Part shown: positions 63,923 to 64,000 of the stretch, piece after piece
Position numbering within the stretch: position 1 is the stretch's first letter
Layout of the letters: each line of letters starts with the position of its first letter
Assembly: GCF_035594765.1 (NCBI RefSeq)
Contig: NC_085841.1
Coordinates: 167,447,574 to 167,511,573, forward strand
DNA: 64,000 bases
Direction: 5' to 3'
Source of the DNA: Anolis carolinensis
Taxonomy: Eukaryota
Notes under the pieces: generated by a model
Told to the model about the DNA's origin: nothing
The model's input: only the letters and a program-made list of their open reading frames with translations
Databases searched by the model: none
Translations under genes and position numbers: made by a program

Positions 63923-64000
63923 TAATTCGAATTACTGACTAATGAATTGCATTTTGCATATGTGTAGATTGTTGATAGAGGGACTAGGGAGCCAGTCCAC

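Noticed and set aside
1-64000. Short ORFs in the six-frame track as host genes
   Set aside because: No recognisable domains; the recognisable ones are TE-derived, and many are antisense shadows of BovB, CR1 or SINEs.

Overview
Eukaryotic, AT-rich, repeat-dense DNA from a squamate reptile, most likely Anolis: it carries Sauria SINEs, BovB, AnolisSINE2, Vingi, SPIN/OC1 hATs and an Anolis-type Helitron. I find no host protein-coding exon or RNA gene that I can support, so this looks like a large intron or intergenic region. Every recognisable protein ORF is transposon-derived: a full-length but decayed BovB LINE (22.9-26.1 kb), an older RTE, CR1, L2, Vingi and a mariner. Many MITEs have readable TIRs and TSDs. 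Most notable: (i) a Gypsy-like solo LTR whose U3 is an open frame from its first base, ending in an RRSA(H/R)L arginine-anchor-like motif; (ii) a Helitron carrying other TEs as cargo; (iii) a TSD-flanked 'tailless' SINE head; (iv) complementary Vingi halves that suggest a ~4 kb inversion; (v) several local hairpin duplications; (vi) a few TE-free, CNE-like stretches. Family names come from my recollection of consensus sequences and need RepeatMasker/Dfam confirmation.
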